Shown piece after piece: positions 39,709-49,161 of a stretch of 64,000 bases of DNA (position 1 is the stretch's first letter; every line of letters starts with the position of its first letter). The stretch comes from Candidatus Saccharimonadota bacterium. GTDB taxonomy: Bacteria > Patescibacteriota > Saccharimonadia > Saccharimonadales > Saccharimonadaceae. Location: assembly GCA_017545505.1 (NCBI GenBank), contig JAFWNB010000003.1, positions 76,830-140,829 on the forward strand, written 5' to 3'. Position numbers and translations under genes: made by a program. The notes under the pieces were generated by a model that did not search any database, had not been told where the DNA came from, and saw only the letters and a list, made by a program, of their open reading frames with translations.

Positions 39709-40017
39709 AGTTGGCACAAAAAAATGTGCCACACCGCACCTAAATAAGTTATAATTTCAGCTATACTACTCCTAGTATAGCAGAAATTGCGAGCTTTTGA
39801 AACCCTTTCGGGCTTAGAATTTCTTCATGGTTTTAAGTTTTATAAGTATTACCTCCACTTTGAAAGGTCACTTTCAAAGGCTTAGCAATCCCTCTAACCG
39901 GCGGGCCCCAATTTGTGTGAGGTGGGTTACGCTCCGGGGTCTCCCCGGTATAAAATAGAGAAGCGTTAGAGGGCCAAAATAGCCTCAGGTGATGCCCACC
40001 CTTACCTGAGGCTTTTT
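39709..40017 (+). ncRNA. Candidate ~310-nt small RNA
   Basis: Lies between the consensus promoter and a U-tailed terminator (gcctcaggtga...ttacctgaggc-tttttt); multiple hairpins; no SD-led ORF. Confidence 0.4.
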
Positions 40018-40022
40018 TGATA

Positions 40023-40739
40023 CTAATTATTTAAAAACGAAATAAAATAAATGACAACAAAAGCAATCAATAAAATCTGAATAAAAAATGTACTTTTAAA
40101 TCTTTTAAACTCCAAGTCAACCAATTCATTACCTTTATTATTTCTATTAACAAGAAAAAATGGTATTAAAGATATCGCAAACAAAACAATACTAGCTATC
40201 AATAGAATGGGGAAAAGTACGAAAGCCATAATTGCCACGCCTCCGCCACCCGGCAACAATCCAAGGCTTGGCGGCAAACCCATACTTTTCATTAGTAACG
40301 TCAACCATATTGGTGCCGTAATAACAATATTTACATATGTAACCACTCGAGCCATTTTTATTTTACTTACAACCGCTAAGAATTTCTTATCAGCCTTATT
40401 TAGAGCCTCGTTGTTTAACAATTTTTTGTTTTTTATTGCTACTGGCTTACTTTGATCATATTTTACCGCTTCTATTATCGCCCAAATCCAATTAGCAAGT
40501 AATAGAACAGTATATATCCATGCCCAATGGTTCAATGAGCGGAATAACGAATCAGGAAATGCAAACCTATATCCGAAAAGCAAGGTGGGGATTAAAAAAA
40601 GTAAAAAATGAGCCACAGTCTTTTTGTACTCGCGAATTACTAAGTCATGTAGTCCAAACTCCCCAAAGAAAAAAGCCAACACAACCACCAACCATTTAGG
40701 TGTTTTCTTGATAACCGTTCCAGCTCCGACATACTTCAT
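40023..40739 (-). CDS. TM2-domain membrane protein
   Basis: LAFFFGEFGLHDL TM2 pattern and further TM segments. Confidence 0.6.
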   Translation of the reverse strand: MKYVGAGTVIKKTPKWLVVVLAFFFGEFGLHDLVIREYKKTVAHFLLFLIPTLLFGYRFAFPDSLFRSLNHWAWIYTVLLLANWIWAIIEAVKYDQSKPVAIKNKKLLNNEALNKADKKFLAVVSKIKMARVVTYVNIVITAPIWLTLLMKSMGLPPSLGLLPGGGGVAIMAFVLFPILLIASIVLFAISLIPFFLVNRNNKGNELVDLEFKRFKSTFFIQILLIAFVVIYFISFLNN

Positions 40740-40803
40740 ATTTTTATAATAACATGCTTTTTCGAAAAAACTTATGCTTGCATAAATATGCTATTATATA
40801 TTT

Positions 40804-43089
40804 ATGGCAAAAAATCTGGTAATAGTAGAGAGCCCCGCAAAAGCACACACGATCGAGAAATATCTCGGTTCCGATTTTAAAGTTTTAGCTTCAGTAGGGC
40901 ACATCAGGAAAGACATCAAAGTAGATAAAGAAACTTTTGATGTTACTTATGAGATAGATCCAGAACACACCAAGATTATTTCAGAATTAAAAAAGGAAAC
41001 TAAAAACGCCGACAAAATCTGGCTCGCAACCGATGAAGACCGCGAAGGAGAGTCGATTTCTTGGCATCTTTTAGAAGTTTTAAAACTCCCCAAAAATACA
41101 GCTAGAATAACTTTTCATGAAATTACGAAACCAGCTCTAGAATCTGCAATTAAAAACCCTCGTACGGTCGATATGGATATGGTATCATCTCAACAAGCTC
41201 GTCAAACTCTAGATATGCTAGTAGGGTACGATTTATCAGATATAGTCCGTAAAAAAGTACCTGGCGCTATTTCGGCTGGACGCGTTCAGTCACCAGCTCT
41301 CCGTTTGATCGTAGAGCGTGAAAGACAAATCGAAAAATTTGATTCTAAATTTACTTTTAAGATCACCGGAAGCTTTGACGGTTTTTTAGCCTCGTATAAT
41401 GGCAAAAACCCAGAAACAGAAAATGATGCTAAAAACCTTCTAGAAAAACTGATTAATCAAGATTATAAAGTTGAAAAAATCAACGAAACCGAAAGTCTCA
41501 AAGCCAATCCGGTGCCTTTTACTACCGCAGCCTTGCAAATTGAAGCCAACTCTAAACTCGGTTTTTCTGCTCGTACTACCATGAGTGCTGCCCAAGGTCT
41601 ATACCAAGCCGGTCTAATCACCTACCACCGCACGGACTCTCTAAACCTTTCTTCGCAAGCGATAGCCGAAATCGCGAATTACATTGAATCTACCTTCGGC
41701 AAACAATATTTAAAAACACGGCATTTTAAAACCAAAGACACATCGGCGCAAGAAGCACACGAAGCTATTCGCCCTACCGATGTAACGCGTACAGCAGCAG
41801 GAAAAAATGATTACGAGAAAAAGCTCTACAAACTCATCTGGTCGCGCACAATAGCCACCCAAATGGCCAGTGCTAAAGTTGCCAAAACAAACATAGAACT
41901 CTCCCATGACTTTGTTGCAAATGGTGAAGTAGTAGTATTTGATGGTTTTTTGAAAGTATATGGCAAATCAAAAGATACTGAACTCCCTAAATTAAAAAAA
42001 GGCGATTCGGTCAACTGTCAAGAAATAGTCGCTAAACAAACCTTTGCAAAACCGCCCGCAAGATACACTGAAGGTTCTCTCGTCAAAAAGCTCGAGGAAC
42101 TCGGTATCGGCCGTCCGTCTACCTATGCTTCCATCATGACAGCTATCCAAGCTAGAAACTATGTAATAAAGGGTGAGTCCGAAGGTGAAGAACGTGAGGT
42201 AGTCGAACTGAAGGTGACACCAACAGATAACCAAGCGAAGAGAGAATTAACTAAAGAAAAATTCGGCGCCAACAAGGGAAAACTTATTCCTACGCCTATT
42301 GGCGAACTAGTAGCCGATTTCTTAACCGATAATTTTAAAAATATCGTCGACTATAAGTTTACCGCAAATATCGAAAAGGATTTAGATTTAGTTGCTGAAG
42401 CTAAATTAGAGCGCGTTAAAATGCTCCGAGATTTTTATAAACCATTTCGAGATTCCGTGCTTATAGCCAACGGAGTAGAAAGATACAATAACTCTCGTTT
42501 GCTCGGTCACCATCCAGAAACCGGCAAACCAATTTATGCCAAAGTTGGAAAAAACGGCGGCTTCATTCAGCTTGGCGACAACGAAAAGGAAACCAAAGAA
42601 AAACCGACTTTTGCTCCGCTTCCTAAGCGAAAATCCGTTAAAACTGTTACGTTAGAACAAGCCCTAAAACAATTAGAATTACCATCACTACCTAGAGAAC
42701 TCGGACAAGCCCCAGACGGTATTACATTAATTGCCGCCAATGGCCCATTCGGCCCATATCTAAAAGGTGGCAAATATAATATACCAATTAAAGACCACGA
42801 CCCCTACACTGTAACATTTGAAGAAGTTTTACCTTTATATCAAGCAAAAATTGATTCCATTATCGCAGATTGGGACGATATTATGATTATAAATGGCGCA
42901 TATGGTCCATATGTTAAAGGACCAGGTCGCCGCAATAACGTCAAAATACCTAAAGATATAAATCCTAAATCTCTTACTAAAGCGCAAGCTGAAGAAATGC
43001 TTAAAAATAAGCCCAAAACAGTAGCCAAAGCTCGCCGCGGCAAACGTGGCACCCGCAAAACCAAAACAGCTAAAACCGCCAAGAAATAA
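40804..43089 (+). CDS. topA: DNA topoisomerase I
   Basis: LVIVESPAKA, ATDEDREGE, SAGRVQS, ITYHRTDS, GIGRPSTYA; non-zinc C-terminal repeats. Confidence 0.97.
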   Translation: MAKNLVIVESPAKAHTIEKYLGSDFKVLASVGHIRKDIKVDKETFDVTYEIDPEHTKIISELKKETKNADKIWLATDEDREGESISWHLLEVLKLPKNTARITFHEITKPALESAIKNPRTVDMDMVSSQQARQTLDMLVGYDLSDIVRKKVPGAISAGRVQSPALRLIVERERQIEKFDSKFTFKITGSFDGFLASYNGKNPETENDAKNLLEKLINQDYKVEKINETESLKANPVPFTTAALQIEANSKLGFSARTTMSAAQGLYQAGLITYHRTDSLNLSSQAIAEIANYIESTFGKQYLKTRHFKTKDTSAQEAHEAIRPTDVTRTAAGKNDYEKKLYKLIWSRTIATQMASAKVAKTNIELSHDFVANGEVVVFDGFLKVYGKSKDTELPKLKKGDSVNCQEIVAKQTFAKPPARYTEGSLVKKLEELGIGRPSTYASIMTAIQARNYVIKGESEGEEREVVELKVTPTDNQAKRELTKEKFGANKGKLIPTPIGELVADFLTDNFKNIVDYKFTANIEKDLDLVAEAKLERVKMLRDFYKPFRDSVLIANGVERYNNSRLLGHHPETGKPIYAKVGKNGGFIQLGDNEKETKEKPTFAPLPKRKSVKTVTLEQALKQLELPSLPRELGQAPDGITLIAANGPFGPYLKGGKYNIPIKDHDPYTVTFEEVLPLYQAKIDSIIADWDDIMIINGAYGPYVKGPGRRNNVKIPKDINPKSLTKAQAEEMLKNKPKTVAKARRGKRGTRKTKTAKTAKK

Positions 43090-43095
43090 CTCTAA

Positions 43096-44844
43096 TTATT
43101 CATTATTTCTCACAACACAACGTATAAAACTACCCACGTCGCCGAATTCGTGTGCGTCTATTATGACATTTTGAGAATTAAGAGCATTAATATCCATAAA
43201 ATAAGCTTGTTTGTCGGCATAAGCTACAGAAGACCAATACCATGCTTCATGTCCAACCTCAAAGCTATCTCCAAGCCAATACCCTCCTAAAGTATAGTAA
43301 AGCGGGGATTCCCAAATTGCTGGATTAGATATAGATTGAGTCGTAGAACCCCAACCGTATGAATTAACAAGTTGATAGAATGAACCTGGCGTTGGATTAG
43401 TGGCGGGGAAAAACTTAGGCAACATCCAACCAGCAGGGCAAATAGATTGGTTAACGTCATCCCCATCCTGATAACCAATGCTAGAATCATCTTGAGCAGT
43501 AGCAGCTGCCCAGTTATAGAAGTTACCAATGCTATAATGAGTGTCTGAACCTTGTGGCATATCATCTAAACTCACGTAATCATCAACAATGCCATCCCAT
43601 ATTATTTCGCCTGGATCATATGATTCTGGGCTAGTTAAAGATTTCCAAGTATCATCTTTATACGTATCGTTTGGCGATGTCCACGTAGCATCTGGGTCAA
43701 AACTACCCCAACCAAGGTCAGTATCTTCATGAGTCAAGCTTACGGTAGAATCTAAATTCAAATCTAAATTCTGCGTCATCCAACACTGTCCATCCTTTAA
43801 TCTAGCAACCCAATAAAGCTTGTCATCGCGAATATCTATTAATTGCAATTGTTCACTTTCTATCGTTGCCGCTTCACATAGAGCCGGCTTCATATCCTGC
43901 ATTTTGTAATAACCATTGTATTTTTCAAGTCCAAAATCTTCGAAGGCATCCTCTAATGTGATCGCCCCATCTTTTATCCATTCTGCATATAGTGTTATAC
44001 TATTAAGCACACTAGTAAGATTTATCACTTCGAAACCATCAGAATAATGTATTCCTGTACCATCCTGTGCTGTATTCCAACCATTAAATTGATAACCTTC
44101 TGGTGCAATATAATTATTTGAGGACAGTGGTGTTAGAATATTTTCATAGATAACTTGCGGCTCCATAGTCCCCGTACCATACACTAATTGCCCATCCACT
44201 ATAGATGCAGGATTAAAAACAACTGTATAGGTTACACAACCGATATTTGGGGTTAAAGTATATGTAATCACGTTGTCCTTAGCACCCGTTGATGATTCCG
44301 CCATTTTATACTGGCCAGAAGTTATCAATGTGTCCACACTAGCTCCATAATAAACCGATATTGTATCTTTACCAGTTTCCGGATCGCCCGTGCCATCACC
44401 AGAAGCTTTTTCTGAAGAAAAAATATTAAACATTTCATTAGACAATCCTATAAAATCCGAACGCGTCGTTACCGTCTCTCCATTGTTTAACTCCTCCGTC
44501 GTAAAACCCCAAGTACCATAATATGAGTCACCCACGATAGGTGTAGGAAAAGTCGATGAGCTTCTAATCATAGATTCGCTGTTATTATTGCCATCTTTAT
44601 ATAAATTAGTATCATACGGCCCAGAAATATACATATCATATCCCGCTGGACAAGTATAAATAACATCAATATCATTTCTTATAATATTTGCCCTTTCATT
44701 ATTAGCAGGAACATCTAAACTTATCTCACTATCGACAGACATAGACATATAAAAATCTTCAGCAAAAACACCTTTACTGGAAATAAAACTCAAAAATAAT
44801 ATCGATAGAATAACTATCACAAAATTATATTTATGTCTGAACAT
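43096..44844 (-). CDS. Surface protein: beta-sandwich + Listeria-Bacteroides (Flg_new) repeat + FISUMP domain
   Basis: GYQFNGWNTAQDGTG...TLYAEW; DGQCWMTQNL, GNFYNWAAA, ICPAGWMLP, WYWSS, FIRCV. Confidence 0.85.
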   Translation of the reverse strand: MFRHKYNFVIVILSILFLSFISSKGVFAEDFYMSMSVDSEISLDVPANNERANIIRNDIDVIYTCPAGYDMYISGPYDTNLYKDGNNNSESMIRSSSTFPTPIVGDSYYGTWGFTTEELNNGETVTTRSDFIGLSNEMFNIFSSEKASGDGTGDPETGKDTISVYYGASVDTLITSGQYKMAESSTGAKDNVITYTLTPNIGCVTYTVVFNPASIVDGQLVYGTGTMEPQVIYENILTPLSSNNYIAPEGYQFNGWNTAQDGTGIHYSDGFEVINLTSVLNSITLYAEWIKDGAITLEDAFEDFGLEKYNGYYKMQDMKPALCEAATIESEQLQLIDIRDDKLYWVARLKDGQCWMTQNLDLNLDSTVSLTHEDTDLGWGSFDPDATWTSPNDTYKDDTWKSLTSPESYDPGEIIWDGIVDDYVSLDDMPQGSDTHYSIGNFYNWAAATAQDDSSIGYQDGDDVNQSICPAGWMLPKFFPATNPTPGSFYQLVNSYGWGSTTQSISNPAIWESPLYYTLGGYWLGDSFEVGHEAWYWSSVAYADKQAYFMDINALNSQNVIIDAHEFGDVGSFIRCVVRNNE

Positions 44845-44885
44845 TATTGTATGACCTTTTTGTTATTATTTATTTTTAGTGTTTA

Positions 44886-44935
44886 TATAACTCTGACTCT
44901 AAAATAATTATACTAATGCTTTATTATTTTGTCAA
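44886..44935 (-). promoter_or_regulatory. sigma70 promoter (TTGACA-17-TATAAT) plus leader motif TAGAGTCAGAGTTATA
   Basis: -35 at 44930-44935, -10 at 44907-44912, motif at 44886-44901, identical to 1706-1721. Confidence 0.7.
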
Positions 44936-45123
44936 TAGGAAAAATTCTACTTATGGTATATTTTAGAATATTTAGAAAGCTTTTTTCCATTTTTTTTGGT
45001 AATTGTAAAAAGTATGTTACAATAGTATTGCAAAGATGATAATTTCATAGTTGACATATATATAGAATTATGATATTATAGCATAAATTAATAGAATTAA
45101 TAGGGGTGGAATAAGGAAAGAAT

Positions 45124-46161
45124 TTGATGGACAAAAATGCGGAAATTCTGAAAAAAGCAATCTCTGGCAGCCTAAAAATTATCGAACAAGACCGCGAAAA
45201 GGAAATTATTTCCCGTCGTTTTGGACTCAACGGTCCAAAGGAAACCCTCGAACAAATAGGTGAATTACTTTCAATCACTAGGGAACGAGTACGCCAACTA
45301 GAGAAAGCAATTTTGATTCATCTTCAAATAGCCGCAGAGGACAATCAAATTCCAGAATTAGCTGCCGCCGAAAAACTTCTTGTTCGTAATCTTACTGAAA
45401 TGGGTCGCGTAGCTAGACTCGACGATCTAGCTGACAAAATTTATGAGCACAAAACCAATGCCAGAGAAAAATCCGGTCTCTATTTTATTGCAACATTTTC
45501 CAAAAATCTTACAATCGTCGAAGAAAACGATAAATACTACGCTTCAATTGGTATAGCAGAATATGGTAATAGCCGTAAAATTCGCGACCGAATTGATGAA
45601 ATCGTTCAAATAATTAAAGCTAACAAAAAACCGATGACCTTAGATGAACTTGACGAAAAACTAAATTATGAACACCCTGATCATATTAAAGCCATCGCGT
45701 CAACTTCAAAATTGCTAGCTACCCTTAACAATGTCTGGGGATTGGCTAAATGGCCATCCGTTAATCCTAAAAACATTCGTGATAAAATTTACGTTATCCT
45801 AGAATCCAAAAAAGAACCAATGCATTTTTCTGAAATTGCTAAAGAAATTAAAGATTCTAATTTTAAACGTAAAAATGTCACCATTCAAGCAATCCATAAC
45901 GAATTAATCAAAGATGAACGTTTTGTCTTAATCGGACGTGGTATTTATGCGCTTTCTTCCTGGGGCTATAAAAAGGGAACTATATCTGATATTATCAAAT
46001 CAATCTTAGAAAAATCCAATGAACCATTAACACGCGAAGAAATCGTCAAACAAGTTCTAAAAGTTCGCAAAGTTAAAGAAACTACTATCCTCTTAAACCT
46101 CCAAAACAAGAAACTATTCAAGAAAATTGATAAAAATTTATATACATTAACGGAAGTCTAA
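45124..46161 (+). CDS. sigma70 region 4 HTH + HARE-HTH (RNAP delta-like) domain protein
   Basis: RRFGL...ETLEQIGELLSITRERVRQLEK; IRDKIYVIL...PMHFSEIA...AIHNELIKDERFVLIGRGIYAL. Confidence 0.75.
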   Translation: MMDKNAEILKKAISGSLKIIEQDREKEIISRRFGLNGPKETLEQIGELLSITRERVRQLEKAILIHLQIAAEDNQIPELAAAEKLLVRNLTEMGRVARLDDLADKIYEHKTNAREKSGLYFIATFSKNLTIVEENDKYYASIGIAEYGNSRKIRDRIDEIVQIIKANKKPMTLDELDEKLNYEHPDHIKAIASTSKLLATLNNVWGLAKWPSVNPKNIRDKIYVILESKKEPMHFSEIAKEIKDSNFKRKNVTIQAIHNELIKDERFVLIGRGIYALSSWGYKKGTISDIIKSILEKSNEPLTREEIVKQVLKVRKVKETTILLNLQNKKLFKKIDKNLYTLTEV

Positions 46162-46225
46162 AATAATCATTTGAGGACCATAAGCTCGGACGAACACCCT
46201 CGAGTGTGTCCGAAAAGATTATTTT
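46160..46225 (+). repeat. Palindromic repeat element, intergenic
   Basis: aaaataatc...gaggaccataagctcggacgaacaccctcgagtgtgtccga...gattatttt. Confidence 0.8.
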
Positions 46226-46257
46226 AGACTTCTTAATAATGTGGTATAATTATTCTT

Positions 46258-49161
46258 ATGGAAAATGTCATACATTTTATTTTAATGCCAATCGTTTGGA
46301 TCCCAATTGTAGCTATTTTGGCTTTCCTAACTTATAGGAACTACAAGAAACTCAACAAATTAAAAGTACTAAATGTTGATTCTGTACTCTTAATGCTAGA
46401 AATCCCGCGTGAAAACGACAAAAAAGAGCTCGCTGCCGAGCAATTATTTGCTTCTCTTCATGGCATCTTGCGCGACAAACAAGAATTAAAAAATTCTGGC
46501 GGAGTCCAAGAACACCTATCTTTTGAAATTGTCTCCACCGGTGGCCAAATTCGATTTTACGTTTGGACGCCAAAAATTTTGCAAAGTTTTGTGGAAGGGC
46601 AAATCTACTCTCAGTATCCAACCGTTCAAATCTACAAAATGAACGAAGACTACGTAGATAAACGCACAGAATACCCTGTTATATACTCTTCTGAATTAGG
46701 ACTAGTCGATAGTGAAGTTTTACCAATTAAAACCTTTGACAATTTTGAAGTAGACCCACTTGCCGGCATTACTGGCACACTCGCCAAACTCAATACCGAC
46801 CGATCAGAAGAACTTTGGATTCAGATTCTTGCTCGTCCAATTGCTGATGATTGGCATAAAAACACTACTGATAAATGGGTACAACGTGTTAAATCTGGTA
46901 AAAAATCCATCTTGGCTGGTACCGGTATTGATTGGACGTGGCTGGTAGAAGCTCTCGGAGCTCTATTTCGTCCACCCGCAGGCGGTACTAATTCCGAAGT
47001 CAAAATTGAATTATCCGAGCGAGATAAAACCCGCATAGCAAAAGCAGAAGAAAAAGCTACTAAACTAGGTTATGATGTAAAAATCCGCTTGGCGTATCTT
47101 GGTCAAAACCAAACTGATGCTAAGCTCAACATGCAAGCCTTAGTAGGGACTTTCAAACAGTATAACTCTACCAACCTAAATGGTTTTAAACAGCTCGGTT
47201 CAAGTTTTAACGCTACAGATTTAGATGGCTACAAAATGCGCCAATTTTCTGATCGTGGCTTCATTTTAAATATTGCTGAGTTAGCTTCCGTTTATCATCT
47301 ACCACATACCTCAGTAGAAACCCCAAATATAGTCTGGGCCACTTCAAAAACAGCTGAACCACCTGCCAAGCTTCCAATTCTCACTGGTGAAGTAATAAAC
47401 GACAAAAATGTTTCAGCCTTTGGGCTTACCAATTTCCGTGGCATTAACCAACAATTTGGCTTACTTCGACGTGACCGTTCTCGTCATGTATATATTATCG
47501 GCCAAACAGGAGCAGGGAAAAGCGGTATGTTAGAGCTCTTAGCGCTCTCTGATATATTTTACGATCAAGGGTACTGTATTATAGATCCACATGGTGATTT
47601 TGCGATAGACAACCTCAGGTTTATTCCGGAATCACGTGTTAATGATGTGATATATTTCAACCCGGCAGATACCGCCTTCCCTATTGCCTTTAACCCGCTC
47701 GAAGTAACCGACCCAGCCAAAAAGCCAAATATCTGCTCTGAAGTTATCGGCGTATTAAAACGTATGTTTGGCGACTCTTGGGGTCCTAGACTTGAGCATA
47801 TTCTTCGCTATACCCTACTAGCACTATTAGATCGTCCAGAAACCACCCTACTAGATATTTCCAGACTCTTAACAGACAAAGACTTTCGTAAGGAGACCCT
47901 AAACTATTGTAATGATGTCACGGTGTTGCAATTCTGGAAACACGAATTTGGGCAATGGAACGAAAAACAAGTCAATGAATCAATTGCTCCAGTGCTAAAC
48001 AAAGTCGGTGCCTTTACCGCAAATCCTATTATCCGAAATATTATTGGTCAGCCAAAATCATCTTTCGATATTCGCAAAATTATGGATGAAGGTAAGATTC
48101 TGGTTGTAAACCTATCAAAAGGCTTAATCGGTGAAGATAACGCCGCGATACTCGGTGCATTTTTAGTGACTAAAGTTCAATTAGCCGCTATGAGCCGCTC
48201 GGACATCCCTAACGTTGCTGATCGTAGGCCATTCTATCTTTATGTTGACGAGTTCCAAAACTTCGCTACCGAATCTTTCGCAGTCATCCTTTCAGAAGCT
48301 CGTAAATATGGTCTTAATTTAACCGTAGCAAACCAATATGTAGCTCAAATGACCGACCAAGTCCGCGATGCAGTATTCGGTAACGTTGGTACCACTATTT
48401 CCTTCCGTGTCTCCCCAGAAGACGCACCGACCTTAGTAAAGCAATTCGAGCCAACTTTTGACGAATCAGACCTAATTCAACTCAATAACCGCCATTTCGT
48501 TATCTCGATGATAATAAACGGCGAGAAAGTCCCAGCTTTCTCTGCTACAACTCTTTCTATTCCAGAAAGCCCCAAAGACAACCTTGACGCTATTATTGCG
48601 CATTCCCGCGAATATTTTGCTCGTCCACGCCTAGAAGTCGAAAAAGAAATCCGTGAAACAATTGAGCAATCCGAAAAATATAAAAGGGAATTAGCTAACT
48701 CTGGTCGCCAAGAGCCTAAACTCGTGATAGATTCGAAAACTGTCGAATTCAAACCGATTTCTCATACCGAACAAAAACCGAACTTAAAACAATCATCGCT
48801 AAAGGAAGATTTTAGACGTCAAAATCTTAGCCCAAATACAGCTGAAGGTAAAGAAAGATTGGGTCTGAAAGATTTAGCCAAGTTAGCCGCCGAAGCAGGG
48901 AAAGTCGAATACAAAACCACCAAAAAGGGGAATAAACACACAAAAAAGAAAGGGAAAGCTAATTCTACCCCTGTAATTCCCCCTGTTAAAACAAAAGAAA
49001 AAGCTACCCCTGTTCGACCAGAGGTGGAATATCAAGAAAAAACAACTGCCGAAATAGCGCCCTCGCATCATTCGACACCCCTGTCTACCCCTATAAATCG
49101 CACGGATCATTATGTAGAAAAAGATAACTCGGTAGATGGATTTCTTGCAATTAAACACTAG
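46258..49161 (+). CDS. TraG/VirD4-like (DUF87/HerA-type) membrane ATPase
   Basis: RHVYIIGQTGAGKS, IIDPHGD, LYVDEFQNF, SEARKYGL, GNVGT; low-complexity tail. Confidence 0.85.
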   Translation: MENVIHFILMPIVWIPIVAILAFLTYRNYKKLNKLKVLNVDSVLLMLEIPRENDKKELAAEQLFASLHGILRDKQELKNSGGVQEHLSFEIVSTGGQIRFYVWTPKILQSFVEGQIYSQYPTVQIYKMNEDYVDKRTEYPVIYSSELGLVDSEVLPIKTFDNFEVDPLAGITGTLAKLNTDRSEELWIQILARPIADDWHKNTTDKWVQRVKSGKKSILAGTGIDWTWLVEALGALFRPPAGGTNSEVKIELSERDKTRIAKAEEKATKLGYDVKIRLAYLGQNQTDAKLNMQALVGTFKQYNSTNLNGFKQLGSSFNATDLDGYKMRQFSDRGFILNIAELASVYHLPHTSVETPNIVWATSKTAEPPAKLPILTGEVINDKNVSAFGLTNFRGINQQFGLLRRDRSRHVYIIGQTGAGKSGMLELLALSDIFYDQGYCIIDPHGDFAIDNLRFIPESRVNDVIYFNPADTAFPIAFNPLEVTDPAKKPNICSEVIGVLKRMFGDSWGPRLEHILRYTLLALLDRPETTLLDISRLLTDKDFRKETLNYCNDVTVLQFWKHEFGQWNEKQVNESIAPVLNKVGAFTANPIIRNIIGQPKSSFDIRKIMDEGKILVVNLSKGLIGEDNAAILGAFLVTKVQLAAMSRSDIPNVADRRPFYLYVDEFQNFATESFAVILSEARKYGLNLTVANQYVAQMTDQVRDAVFGNVGTTISFRVSPEDAPTLVKQFEPTFDESDLIQLNNRHFVISMIINGEKVPAFSATTLSIPESPKDNLDAIIAHSREYFARPRLEVEKEIRETIEQSEKYKRELANSGRQEPKLVIDSKTVEFKPISHTEQKPNLKQSSLKEDFRRQNLSPNTAEGKERLGLKDLAKLAAEAGKVEYKTTKKGNKHTKKKGKANSTPVIPPVKTKEKATPVRPEVEYQEKTTAEIAPSHHSTPLSTPINRTDHYVEKDNSVDGFLAIKH

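Noticed and set aside
39800-39870. Type I toxin ORF on the minus strand behind ggaggt
   Set aside because: There is no properly spaced start codon; the only frame is ~9 codons and not hydrophobic.
46258-49161. Conjugative element implied by the TraG/VirD4-like ATPase
   Set aside because: There is no relaxase, VirB genes or integrase nearby. Such solitary ATPases are common chromosomal genes in CPR.
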